Assembly: GCA_036689515.1 (NCBI GenBank)
Contig: CP144846.1
Span: forward strand, 166,081-230,080
Direction of reading: 5' to 3'
DNA: 64,000 nt
From: Candidatus Stammera capleta
GTDB lineage: Bacteria > Pseudomonadota > Gammaproteobacteria > Enterobacterales > Enterobacteriaceae
Part shown: piece after piece, positions 1 to 12,062 of the stretch
How positions within the stretch are numbered: the stretch's first letter is position 1
Layout of the letters: every line of letters begins with the position of its first letter
Translations under genes and position numbers: made by a program
Notes under the pieces: generated by a model
What the model saw: only the letters and a program-made list of their open reading frames with translations
What the model was told of the DNA's origin: nothing
Database searches by the model: none

Positions 1-2242
1 TATTTTTATATTTACTTTTTTTATATTTTATAAAATTAAAATTTTTAATTTTATAAGTATTATTTATATTTAAATTAATATTTAAAAAATTTCTAATATA
101 ATAAATAAAATTATCTAATAATATAGATGGATAACATACAGAAAAATTTATAAAAGAAAAATTTATATAACTAATATAGAATTTATGTCTTACAGACATA
201 CAATACTCTAGAAATAAATATTTTTCTTTATCTATTTTATTTCTATCACCTAATCTAGGATATAAATTCATTAAATCAAAATTACAAATTTGAAAATTTT
301 TAGGATATACATTTGAATTCATACCTATTAAACAAATTACTTTAAAAGGAATAGACCTTAAAGGTAATGTTGAACAAAAATTAATATGATTAATAGAATA
401 TTGTTTTATATATTTTTTGTTTATTAAAAAAATATTTATTATTTTAATAAATAATTCTATAGATATTTTATTTTTAAATTTACTAAATTTAACACTATGT
501 AATAATTTTTTCCAATTTTGTATATTTAAAAATTTAGAATTCAATATAATATTTTCAGGAAAAAAATCATACATTACTAATTCACAAATATTTATTCAAC
601 TAGTTATAGTATTTTTAAAATAAAATACATTTTTTCAATAAAAAAATTTAAATATAAAATCAGATAATTTAGCAATTAATTCATGAAAAAAATTATTATC
701 TATTGTAATATAAGGATATATTTTATTTCATACACAAAATTTTTTATTAATTGCATATCCTAATAAAATATTCTTAATTTTATTAATTATACTATCATTA
801 TATATTTTATTATATTTTTTATTTTTAATAAATATATTAGATATATCTGATATATTACCAAAAGAATTAATTATATTTAATAAACTTTGAAATTCATCAT
901 TACTAATATTAAAACGTTCTAAAATAATTTCATTATTTAATAAATTTAATATTTCATTAAAATTACAATTTATATCATTTAAATTTAATATTTTAATAAA
1001 TAAATTAAATAACATATCATCATATAATATATTTTCATCCATAATAAAAATTGGTAAAATTTTTTTATATTTAATATCTAAAAAAATAGATTCTATATAT
1101 GGATAATAAATTTTAATATCAGATACTACTACAATAATATCACATACTTTATAATTTAATTCTTTTATTAAATACAATAAATAATTTCTTAATTCAATAA
1201 TTTCATTTATATAACCATAACTACATTTTATAGTTATAGAATTATCAAATTTTTTTATATATTTATCTTTTTTATATAAATCATCAAAAAACAATATATT
1301 ATTTTTAATAATATTTATTATATTATTATTAGATCTCTTATAAAAAAAATCTAAAAAATTAATGTTATAACTATTAAGTAAATATAAATATTCAGCTAAA
1401 ATTTTTCCATAATATAATAAATTTATATTAATATTTATAAATTCTAAATCATTAAAATATAATAAATTTTTAATATTTTTTTTAAGATAAAAAATATCAT
1501 ATCAATATTCTTTACAAGGATTTATTAAAAAATAATGAACATCTATATAATTAGATATACTATTAAAAATATTTAAATATAAAGGAGGTAAAAATAAAAC
1601 ATTAAATATAAAAATATCATTTAATTTATTTTTAAATATATTTTTATATTTTAATAAATCTAAAACTTTAAAATAAAGATTTGATCTATTTAATTTATAT
1701 TTAAAATTTAAATTAATAAAATTAATAATATTTTTTCATAAAATTGATTGCCATATTTGATTTATATTATTAATATTTTTAATTAATTTTCCTTTTTCTC
1801 ATTCTTTTAATCAATCTAATCTATAAACTAAATATTTATCATATAATTCAGCAATTTTATTAGATAAACTAAATAATTTCAAACTATTTTTATCATTATA
1901 TAAATAATTTTTAAAAATAAAAAACTCTTTTTTATTTAATAATGTAGGTAATATTTTTATAATTATTAATATTAAATTTTCTTTACTTAAAAATTTTTTA
2001 CTAACACTTTCATTAAAAAAACTTTTATATATATTTCAAATAAAATTAATAGGTAAAATAAATTTTATATTACAACAAATACCAAAATTTTTAGCTATTA
2101 ACATCTTTAGTTTAAAAGCCAAATTATTATTTGGAATTAAAATATTTAATTTTAAATTATTATTTTTATTTTTCTTTTTTAAAATATATAAAAATATATT
2201 TTCTAATATTATAAAATCATTAGATTGATATAATTTAAACAT
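1..2242 (-). CDS. recC: RecBCD exonuclease V subunit RecC, 5' portion only (3' end lies beyond the window start)
   Basis: N-terminus MFKLYQSNDFIILENIF...NIKFILPINFI aligns with the E. coli RecC N-terminus (MLRVYHSNRLDVL...DFPLPASFIW). Track ORFs 2036..2242 and 728..1294 share one frame and end in TGA. The frame stayed open where I hand-translated 600..730. Confidence 0.8.
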
Positions 2243-2249
2243 AAAACAT

Positions 2250-2780
2250 TATATTAAATAAAAAATTTTTAATTATATTCAATAAATATAATATTCATTT
2301 TAAAAATATTATATTAAATAATAAAAATACACAAAAATAATACTCAAAAAATTTATTTTTAAATAAAAAATATATAGGAAATCTAAAATTTAAATTTAAA
2401 GGTCATAATAATTTAATACCTCTATATGTAAACATATCAGCTAAAATATGACTTAAACAACCTATTATAATTCCATATTTTGTATTTAAACTTAACATAA
2501 ATAAATCATTAATATTAAATAATAAAAAATATAATAATATTATAAAAAATAAACTATGAGTTAATTTTCTATGACCTAAATAATTATAAATAAAAACAGA
2601 AACATATTTTATTTTATTACCTAAAAAAGATTTATAATGATCTATATCAGGTAATAAAGAAAATAAAAAACTAATAGTTATAATATGAATAAGATTCATA
2701 TTATTGAAATTTATATTATAACTTTTAATATAAAAAATACTAAAAAAAATAGAAAATATCAAATGATTTTTAAAACACAT
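2250..2780 (-). CDS. ydjM: YdjM-family inner-membrane metal-dependent hydrolase (DUF457)
   Basis: GHLIFSI, LLPDIDHYKSFLG, GHRKLTHSL and LSHILADMFTYRGIKLL-W-P match E. coli YdjM along its length. Track ORF 2403..2780 stops at a TGA on the conserved LLWP Trp, and the frame continues to TAA at 2250. Confidence 0.8.
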
Positions 2781-2848
2781 ATTTTAATTATATACTAATT
2801 AACATTATAATAAAAAGAATAAAATAAATATTAATAATATATTATATA

Positions 2849-4072
2849 ATGAAAAAATATAAACATAATGATCATAGATCAATAAATAAATATATAAATA
2901 TTTTCCATATAAATAAACAATCACCTGGAATGATTTTTTGAAATTCAAATGGTTTAATAATAATAAAAAAAATAAAAAAATTAATAAGAATAAAATTAAA
3001 AAAATATAAATATAAAGAAGTACAAACAGCATTTTTAATAAATAAAAAAATGTGAATAAAAAGTGGACATTGAAAAAATTATAAAAAATCTATTTTTACT
3101 ATATCAGATAATAATAAATCTTTATGCATTAAACCAATGAATTGTTTAGGACATATAGAATTATATAAATTAAAAAATAAATCTTATAAAGAATTACCTA
3201 TACGATTTGCAGAATTTGGAATATGTCATAGAAATGAACCTTCAGGATCTTTACAAGGATTAATGAGAACTAGATCTTTTATACAAGATGATGCACATAT
3301 ATTTTGTACAAAAAAACAAATAAAAAAAGAAATTATAAACTGTATAAATTTAATTAAAGAAATATATTCTATTTTTAAATTTAAAAATATAAATATAAAT
3401 ATTTCTACAAGACCTAAAAAATTTATAGGAAATAAAATTAATTGAATTAAATCAGAAAATAAACTCATAAAAATATTAAATGAAAATAAAATAAAATTTA
3501 AAATAAAATATGGAGATGGAGCTTTTTATGGTCCTAAAATAGAATTTATACTAAAAGATAATTTAAATAGAAAATGACAATGTGGTACAATACAATTAGA
3601 TTTTAATTTATCTAATAAATTTAATTTATCATTTAAAAATAAAAAAAACTATAATAAAAAACCTATAATAATACATAGAGCAATTTTAGGATCATTAGAA
3701 AGATTCATTGCTATATTAATAGAACAAAATAATGGTTGATTACCAATATGATTAACTCCTATACAAATAGTTATATTAAATATATCTAAAAAACATATAA
3801 AATATTCAATAAAAATTTTTAAAAAATTAAATAAATATAATTTTATTAGAATAAAAAGTGATTTTAGAAATAAAAAAATAAATTTTAAAATTAGAGAATA
3901 TACTTTACAAAAAATTCCTTATATGATAGTATGCGGCGATAAAGAAAAATTTTTAAATAAAATTAATGTTAGATTTACTAAAAAAAATAAATTTAAACAA
4001 ATACACATTAATAAAATAATCAAAATAATAAAACATAAAACTAAAAAAATATTTAAAGGAGATAATTATTAA
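2849..4072 (+). CDS. thrS: Threonyl-tRNA synthetase with catalytic and anticodon-binding domains only (no TGS or editing domain)
   Basis: Track ORF 3137..3445 ([12 protein letters not shown]...[31 protein letters not shown]) is the class II ThrRS core. The same frame extends through TGA codons from ATG 2849 (in-frame TAA at 2825) to TAA 4070. The N-terminus [25 protein letters not shown] aligns with about residue 240 of E. coli ThrRS. Confidence 0.85.
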
Positions 4073-4595
4073 AATACATAAAAAAAACATTAAAATATAT
4101 AAATATAATATAAATAATAATATTAAATCTTCAATTATAAGATTAACTGGTAAAAATTTCAAAAAATCAAAAATTATTAATATTGATAAAGCACTACAAA
4201 TAGCTAAAAATTTAAACATGGATTTAGTAGAAATTAATCCAAATATTAATCCACCAATATGTAAAATATTAAATTATTATAAATTTTTATATAAAAAAAA
4301 AAAATACTCTAAAAAAAACAAAAATAAAATTTTAATAACTAAAGAAATTAAATTTAGACCTAATACAAATTTACATGATTATAAAACAAAAATAAAAAAA
4401 ATAAAGTTATTTATAAAAAAAAAATATAAAGTTAAAATTATTCTAACATTTAGAGGAAGAGAAATAATACATAAAAATATAGCTATAAACATGTTAAATA
4501 AAATTAAAAATGATCTAAATAAATACGCAAAATTAGATTTTTTTAATAATAAAATAGAAAATAAACAAATGAATATGATTTTTATACCTATTTAA
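4068..4595 (+). CDS. infC: Translation initiation factor IF-3, with an inferred ATT start overlapping the thrS stop
   Basis: Track ORF 4218..4595 (MDLVEINPNINPPICKILNYYKFLY...) is the C-terminal two thirds of IF3. The same frame is open upstream and encodes INNNIKSSIIRLTGKNFKKSKIINIDKALQIAKNLN, the IF3 N-domain. There is no ATG/GTG/TTG upstream. ATT at 4068 gives the same spacing to the INxxI[KR] motif as the E. coli AUU start. Confidence 0.8.
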   Translation: MKIHKKNIKIYKYNINNNIKSSIIRLTGKNFKKSKIINIDKALQIAKNLNMDLVEINPNINPPICKILNYYKFLYKKKKYSKKNKNKILITKEIKFRPNTNLHDYKTKIKKIKLFIKKKYKVKIILTFRGREIIHKNIAINMLNKIKNDLNKYAKLDFFNNKIENKQMNMIFIPI

Positions 4596-4610
4596 AATAT
4601 ATAAACTAAT

Positions 4611-4802
4611 ATGATTAAAATAAAAACTATTAAATCTATTAAAAAAAGAATAAAATTAACTAAATTTAAAAAATTAAAATATAAAAATTCTAATGTAAAT
4701 CATATTTTAACTAAAAAATCAAAAAAAAGAAAAAGACAACTTAAAAAAAAAAAATTTGTAAATAAAATCAATAAAAATAAAATACTTAAATGTATAATTT
4801 AA
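4611..4802 (+). CDS. rpmI: 50S ribosomal protein L35
   Basis: MIKIKTIKSIKKRIKLT...NHILTKKSKKRKRQL matches L35 (E. coli MPKIKTVRGAAKRFKKT..RHILTKKATKRKRHL). It sits in infC-rpmI-rplT order. Confidence 0.9.
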   Translation: MIKIKTIKSIKKRIKLTKFKKLKYKNSNVNHILTKKSKKRKRQLKKKKFVNKINKNKILKCII

Positions 4803-4814
4803 AAATTAAAATAT

Positions 4815-5168
4815 ATGATAAGAATTAAAAGAGGAACAACAACTAAAAAACGCCATAAAAAAATATTAAAATTAGCAAAAGGATATTATGGAGCAAGATC
4901 TAAATGTTACAAAACAGCAAAACAAGCAGTAATCAAAGCAGGTCAATATTCTTACAGAGATAGAAAAATTAAAAAAAGATATTTTAGAAAATTATGAATA
5001 AAACAAATAAATTCAGCAGTACGTAATTATGGATTAACATATAACTATTTTATTAATAAATTAAACAAATTATCTATTAAAATAAACAGAAAAATGTTAT
5101 CTAATTTAATAACTAAAAAAATAAATTTATTTGAAAATTTAATTTCAATAGTTAAAAATACAAAATAA
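4815..5168 (+). CDS. rplT: 50S ribosomal protein L20
   Basis: [30 protein letters not shown]...YFRKL-W(TGA 4995)[13 protein letters not shown] matches L20. The gene ends at TAA 5166. Confidence 0.9.
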
Positions 5169-5196
5169 AATATTTATATTAATAATTTGATTTAAA

Positions 5197-6171
5197 ATGT
5201 TAAATTTAATTAAAAACATTAAAAAAATTAAAAATAAAATATATAAATTAAAAAATAAAAAATCATTAGAACAATTTCGTATTAAATATTTAAGTAAAAA
5301 TGGATACTTAAAAAAAATTATGAAAATGTTTCAAAATTTACCTAAAAATATAAAACCTAAAATAGGTAAAATTATTAATAAATTTAAAAAAAAAATTTTA
5401 ATTTTATTTAATAATCAATATAAAATAATAAAATTAAATACTGAAAAAAATAATAATTATACAGATATATCACTACCAGGAAGAATAAATTTATTATATG
5501 GTAATAAACATCCAATAACACTCACTTTAAATAAAATCACAAAAATTTTTAATAAATTAGGATTTAATAATATAAGTAGTTCAGAAATAGTAAATAAAAA
5601 ATATAATTTTAGTTTATTAAATATACATAAATATCATCCATCAATAAACAAAAATGATACATTTTGAATTAACAAACATTTGTTATTAAGAACACAAACT
5701 TCATGTATACAAATAAAATATATGAAATATAACAAACCACCATTTAAAATTATAACATCAGGTTGTGTTTTCAGAAAAGATTATGACAAAACACATACTC
5801 CAATGTTTCATCAAACAGAAATATTTATAGTTGATAAAAATATAAATTTTAGTAATTTATTATATATAATAAAAAATTTTTTAAATTTATTTTTTAATAA
5901 AAATATAAAATTTAAAATAATACCATCATATTTTCCATTTACAGAACCATCATTAGAAATATTTATAAAAACAAAACAAAATAAATGAATAGAAATATTA
6001 GGATGTGGATTAATTCATCCTAAAATTTTTAAAAATATAAATATTGATTTTAATAAATATTCTGGATTAGCTTTAGGTTTAGGAATAGAAAGATTAACAA
6101 TGATAAAATACAATATATCTAATATTAATAAATTATATTTAAATAATATAAAATTTTTAGATCAATTTTAA
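5197..6171 (+). CDS. pheS: Phenylalanyl-tRNA synthetase alpha subunit
   Basis: Track ORFs 5197..5667 and 5680..5988 are in one frame. [36 protein letters not shown] and GLGIERLTM are PheS motifs. The gene ends at TAA 6169. Confidence 0.9.
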
Positions 6172-6175
6172 TAAT

Positions 6176-8452
6176 ATGAAATTTTATGAATATTGAATTA
6201 AAAAATATATAAATATTAAATTAAATTTAAATAAAATACATAAATTATTAAATTTATATGGATTTGAAAATAAAAAAAAATTTATAATTAATAATTTTAT
6301 TAAATTAAAAATTTTTAATATTAAAAAAAATAATGAAATTTATATATTTTTTTTTAAAAAAAAAAAAATAAATTTTAAAGTTAATATTTTAAATAAATAT
6401 AAAAATAAAATAAAATATTTATTTATAAATAAACTTTTTATTGAAAATAAATATAAAAAAAATAAAATATTTAATATATTTAAAATTAAAATTAATAATA
6501 AAAAATATTATATATTAAAACATAAAAAAAATATTATTTGTAAAGTTATTAAATTTTTAAATATTAGTTTACCTTATAATAGAATTGATTGTAATAATAT
6601 TATTAATATTTCTAAAGAAATATGTATTTTACTTAAAAAAAAATTTATATACAAAAATATAAAACTAAATATAAAAAACAAAAAAAATATTAAATTTAAT
6701 TTAAAAATTAAATCATTTAATAATATTAATTATTTTCATAACTATAAATATATAATTATTAATAAAATAAATTTTAATAACTTTAAAACACCAAATTATA
6801 TTATAAAAACCTTAAAATATATGGACATTAAAATTAATAATAATATTTTAGATATTATAAATTATTTCATAATCAAATTTGGTCAATTAATTATATGTTT
6901 AGATTTTAAAAAAATTAAAAACAATAGATTATATTTAAATATTAAAAAAAAAAAATTTATTTTAAAATATAAAAAAAAAAATATATTAAATAATTTTATT
7001 TATTATAATAATTTTTTTTTACCTAGTAAAAATACTAAAAAAATTATTTTAATATCTATATTATTTACAACTAATTTTATTAAAAAATATTTTATAAAAA
7101 AAAAATCAAATTCAATTATACAATATATAAATAATATAAATAAAAAAAACCAAGATATATCTTTAAAAGAGATATCTTTATTATTAAAATCAACATATAA
7201 AAGTAAAATAATATTATTTAAAACTAAAAAAAATAAAAATTTTAAAAAACAAAATAAAATTAAATTAGAATATTATTTTATATATAAAAAAATAGGTTTA
7301 AATATTAAAAAAAATATTATTTTAAATATATTAAAAAATATACAATATAAAATTATAAAAAAAAAAAAATATGTTTTATTATATAAACATAAATATAGAC
7401 ATGATTTAAATATTAAAGAAGATATAATAGAAGAAATTGTTAAATTCTATGGATATAATAAAATACCTAATTTACCAATTATTAATAAATTAATAATTAA
7501 AAAAAATAATAATAAATTTGACAAAATAAATAATATTAAAACTTTTTTAGTAAATATAGGATATAAAGAAGTAATAAATTTTCATTTAACAAATAAAAAA
7601 AATGAAAATATTATATTAACAAACAAAAAACATATAAAATTAATAAACCCATTATCAAAAAAAATATCTATTTTAAGAACATCTTTAATCCCAGGAATAA
7701 TAAATAATATTAATTATAATATTAAAAGACAAAATAATAATATAAAATTTTTCGAAATAGGTACATGCTATAATTTAATTAAAAATATAATAATACAAAA
7801 AACAAAAATTACAGCTATAATTTGTGGATTTAAATATTTTAATAATTGAAATATAAAAAATACTTATTTTGATTTTTATGATTTAAAAGGTGATTTAGAA
7901 TTATTATTTAAAAAACAAAAAAAATCAAAATTTATAGAATTTAAAAAAAGTAACTATTTATTTTTAGATAAACAACAAAACTCTAATATTTTTTTTAAAA
8001 ATAAAAAAATAGGATTTATAGGAAAATTAAATAATATAAAAACTAATATAGATATTAAATATCCTATTTTTCTATTTGAATTAAATATTGATAAAATATT
8101 ATATCCCAAAAAAACTAAAATATTTAATATATCTAAATATCCTGAAAATAAAAGAGATATTACATTAATTATTAATAATAATATTTCTATAAACAAAATA
8201 ATAAAAAAATGTATAAATATAAATAAAAATATAATAAAAAAAATAAATATAATTAATATTTATACTAATAAACTATTACAACATAATAATAAAAAAAATA
8301 TAACATTAAGTTTAATAATACAAAGCAATAAAAAAACTTTAAATGAAAAAGAAATAAATAAAATAATTTTACAATGTAAAAAATTATTAAAATCAAAATT
8401 TAATGCTTTAATAGATGAACAAATAAAAATATTTATGACTAAAAAAAATTAA
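6176..8452 (+). CDS. pheT: Phenylalanyl-tRNA synthetase beta subunit
   Basis: MKFYEY-W-IKKYIN matches E. coli MKFSELWLREWVN. I hand-translated 6176..6600 and found no TAA or TAG. LPYNRIDCNNIINISKEI matches PheT. Track ORF 6821..7849 is in the same frame, and the gene directly follows pheS. Confidence 0.85.
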
Positions 8453-8504
8453 AATAAATATTTTAAAACAGTTAAATTTTAAATTAAATTATTATAATAT
8501 ATAA

Positions 8505-9239
8505 ATGAAAATAAATATTAAAAAAAAAAATATATTTATAAAAACACAAGATAATAAAAAATTACCAATATATATTACATATAATAAATATTATAAAAAT
8601 ATATATAAAAAAAGAATCATTATCGTAATAGAAGAAATTTTTGGATTAAATAATAATATTAAATACATATGTAAATATTTGGCAAAACATAAATATATTG
8701 CAATAGCTCCAGAATTATTTTTTAGAATTCCAAATTTAAATTTCAATACATCTATTGATATACTTAGACATAAAATAAACAAATTATCAGATAAAAAAGT
8801 TATATCTGATTTAAATACACTAATATCTTGATCAAAACATAAATTTAAATCAAATAATATAGCTATGACAGGATTAAGTTGAGGAGGAAGAATAACATGA
8901 TTATATTCATATTTTAATGAAGAAAATATTAAAACATCAATAATATGATATGGTAGAATATATAATTTAATTAAATCAAAAAATAAAATTAATCCTATAA
9001 ATATTATAAATAAAATTAAAATACCAATTTTATGTATTTATGGATTAAAAGATAACATAATACCTAAAAAAGATATAAAAATAATTTCACAAAAACTTGA
9101 TTTAAAAAAAAATAAAATTATCACGTATAAAAATGCTAAACATAGTTTTTTAAATAAAAAAAACTTAAATTATAATAAAAAAATAAAAAAAAAATCTCTT
9201 AAAGAAATGTTAAATTGATTAAAATTACATTTAAAATAA
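8505..9239 (+). CDS. ysgA: Dienelactone hydrolase family protein (YsgA-like)
   Basis: RIIIVIEEIFGLNNNIKYICKYLAKHKYIAIAPELFFR and MTGLSWGGRITWLY align with E. coli YsgA ([37 protein letters not shown] and ITGFCWGGRITWLY). Track ORF 8505..8831 was extended through TGA codons. Confidence 0.75.
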
Positions 9240-9259
9240 TTTAAAATAGGAAAAATATA

Positions 9260-10006
9260 ATGAATAAATATAATAATAATTATAAAAATAATAATATTAA
9301 TAATAATATGTTATATACATATATAAGCAATGTATACACTTGAATGTCTTTAGGATTATTAATAACATCTTTAACATCACTATATACCACTAAAATAAAC
9401 TTTTTACTTAAATTAATATTATTTAATAAATTTTTTATATTTATATTATTATCATTACAATTAATAATTGTTTTTATATTATCTAACTCTATAAATAAAT
9501 TAACATCAAATACAGCTATAATTTTATTTATTACGTATTCATTAATTACAGGAATGTCTATTTCTAGTATATTTTTAATATATAAATTTTCTTCAATATA
9601 TATAAGTTTTTTAGTAACTAGTATGATATTTATTTTAATGAGTATATGAGGATATATAACAAAACAAGATTTAACTAAAACAGGAAATTTAGCATTAATG
9701 TTTTTAGTAGGTATATTATTATCAACAATAATAAACTTTTGATTAAAAAGTAAATATTTAATATGAATAACAACATATTTGGGTATCATTATATTTACTA
9801 TATTAATAGCTTGAGATACACAAAAATTAAAAGAAATAGGTAATAATATAATTTTAAAACATAATGAACAATTAATTAAATATTCAATATTAGGAGCATT
9901 AATGTTATATCTAGATTTTATTAATTTATATATATTAATATTAAAAATAACAGGAGTAAAAATAAATAAAAAAAACAATAATAAAAATACAGAAGAAGAG
10001 GATTAA
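9260..10006 (+). CDS. ybhL: BAX inhibitor-1/YccA family inner-membrane protein (YbhL-like)
   Basis: YISNVYT-W-MSLGLLITS, LFITYSLITGMSISSIF, GYITKQDLTKTGN, AWDTQKLK and KYSILGALMLYLDFINL align along the whole of E. coli YbhL. The gene runs from ATG 9260 to TAA 10004. Confidence 0.85.
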
Positions 10007-10018
10007 TATATAATCCTC
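9998..10018. terminator. GC-containing hairpin between convergent ybhL and ppa (candidate bidirectional terminator)
   Basis: gaggatta-atata-taatcctc is a perfect 8-bp stem. It overlaps the ybhL stop and lies 22 nt from the ppa stop. It is one of very few G/C clusters outside coding or tRNA sequence. Confidence 0.5.
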
Positions 10019-10039
10019 CTTTAATTAAAAAAAATAATA

Positions 10040-10585
10040 TTATTTTTTATCTTTTTTTAGTTTTAAAAAATTATTAATTGAATTTAAAATACACTTTTTA
10101 GCACAATTTATATCATATCAATCATAAATTTTTACTCATTTTTTATTATCTAATATTTTATAATTTTCAAAAAAAAAATAAATTTTATTTAATAAATTTT
10201 TTGAAACATCACAAATATCTTGAATATTATCATATTTATTAGATACACAATAATTAGGAACAGCTAATATTTTATTATCATAACCTGATTCATCCTTCAT
10301 TTTTAATAAACCTATAGGTCTACAATTAATTACACTTCCAGGAATTAATTTATAATTACAAATTAATATAACATCTAAACAATCTCCATCATTATATAAA
10401 GTTTTATTTATAAATCCGTAATTAAAAGGATAAACTAAAGGAGATTTTATAAATCTATCTACAGAAATTAAATTGAATTTATTATTAAATTCATATTTAA
10501 CATATGAAGATCCATAAGAAATTTCAATTATGATATAAATATCATGAGGTATATTATTACCACATGGAACTTTTTTTAATAACAT
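10040..10585 (-). CDS. ppa: Inorganic pyrophosphatase
   Basis: IEISYGS..KYEF, VDRF..SPLVYPFNYGFI, DGDCLDVIL and DESGYDNKILAVP are family I PPase motifs. Track ORF 10136..10585 ends at a TGA on the conserved KW-VK Trp and continues to TAA at 10040. Confidence 0.9.
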
Positions 10586-10663
10586 TATATTTACCTAAAA
10601 ATAATTATAAAAATAATTAAATATTATATATATTATATAATATATTATATTATAATTTAAAAT

Positions 10664-12010
10664 ATGAAAATTAAAAAACTAATAAAAACTTATAAACATA
10701 AAATTATTAAAATATATAATTTTTTATATAAACATACTAAAACATATATACAAATAAATATTAAAATAAATTACACAAAAGAAATAAAAATTAAAAATAA
10801 AAATATAGAAAATATAGAAATAAAAAATAATGAATTTATATATATAACTTTTTTTAAAAAAAAAAAAAAATGTACTATTTTATGTAATAATTATAAAAAA
10901 AAAACATTATTAAAATGTATTAATTATTATAAAAAAAATATAAATCAAATATCTAAAGATAAATATAATATTCTACCCTCAATAAATTTATTTAAAAAAA
11001 AATATAAAAAAAATTTAGGTATTTTTTTTAATGATTATATAAATAATATAAATATTATTAATTTATGTAAAAATATTGAATATAATACTATTAATTATAA
11101 TAATAAAATATTTAGTGATGGAGTAAATTTTCAAGAAAATATATATATAAATTTTATATTTAATACTTTTAATTATATGAAATATTATATTAATAAATAT
11201 TATATTATTATTAATAATTCATATATAAAATTACCAAATAATAATATGGAATATATAAGCAAATATATTATCAACCACAAATTACTAGATTTAATACAAA
11301 ATTCATTTAATTTACCAAAAAATACATGTAATGAATTATTAAATATGAAAAAAATAAAACATATAAAAACACAAAAATGTTCAATAATATTTAATAATGA
11401 AACTAGTACAGAAATATTTAATTACTTAAAAATATCTTTAAAAGGACATAATATATATCATAATATATCTTTTATGTCTAAAAAATTAAATAAAAAAATA
11501 TTACCAAATTGATTAAGCATAATAGATAATCCAAATTTATTTAAAGGAATAGGATCTAAACCTTTTGATAAAGAAGGATTAAATACTTATAAATATACAT
11601 TAATTAAAAATGGAATTTTAAAAACTTGAATATTAAATTCTAAATATTCTAAAAAACTAAATATAAAAAATACATTTAATTCAGGAGGTATACATAATTG
11701 ATTATTTATAAAAAATAAAAAACAAATCAATTTAAATGAATTAATTAAAAAAATGAATAATGGATTATATATTAATAAACTATTAGGACAAGGAATAAAT
11801 ATAAATAATGGATTATTTTCTAAAGGTGTATCAGGATATTGAATTAAAAATGGTAAAATAAAATTTTATACTAATGAAATTACAATATCAGGTAATTTAA
11901 TTAATTTATTTAAAAATATTAAAAACATGAGTGATGACTATAACACAAATTCTAAAATAATGTCTGGATCTATATTAGTTAATAACATACAAATAACAAG
12001 TAACAATTAA
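10664..12010 (+). CDS. pmbA: Metalloprotease PmbA (TldE)
   Basis: The C-terminal half, [35 protein letters not shown]...SGGIHNW...GQGINI..G.FS.GVSGYWIKNGKI...EITISGNL, aligns with E. coli PmbA. The N-terminal half is highly degenerate. Confidence 0.8.
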
Positions 12011-12062
12011 TAAAAAAAAAAAATTATATTATTTATTATTTATTTTTAAAAATTAATAATTA

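Noticed and set aside
4180-4220. An apparent single-base frameshift inside infC near 4200. My first hand reading gave ..CAA ATT AGC TAA.., which splits the IF3 N-domain from the rest of the protein.
   Set aside because: The antisense track ORF 3953..4219 (MFKFLAICSALSILIIFDFLKFLPV...) back-translates only to an in-frame ..GCA CTA CAA ATA GCT AAA.. sequence. Also, the plus-strand track ORF starts at ATG 4218 rather than at an upstream TTG that my misreading placed in frame. My base count across an A-run at a line break was off by one, so infC is intact.
9280-9978. A 232-aa ORF on the minus strand, plus other antisense or nested track ORFs: 417..623, 2805..3032, 3226..3468, 3953..4219, 7954..8196, 8591..8782, 13774..14040, 17609..17791, 22367..22591, 22601..22795, 26631..26984 and 42800..43045.
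   Set aside because: Each lies opposite a gene with strong, full-length homology. For example, 9280..9978 mirrors ybhL. All have low-complexity I/L/F/N-rich sequences and no recognisable motifs. Open antisense frames are expected by chance in sequence this biased.
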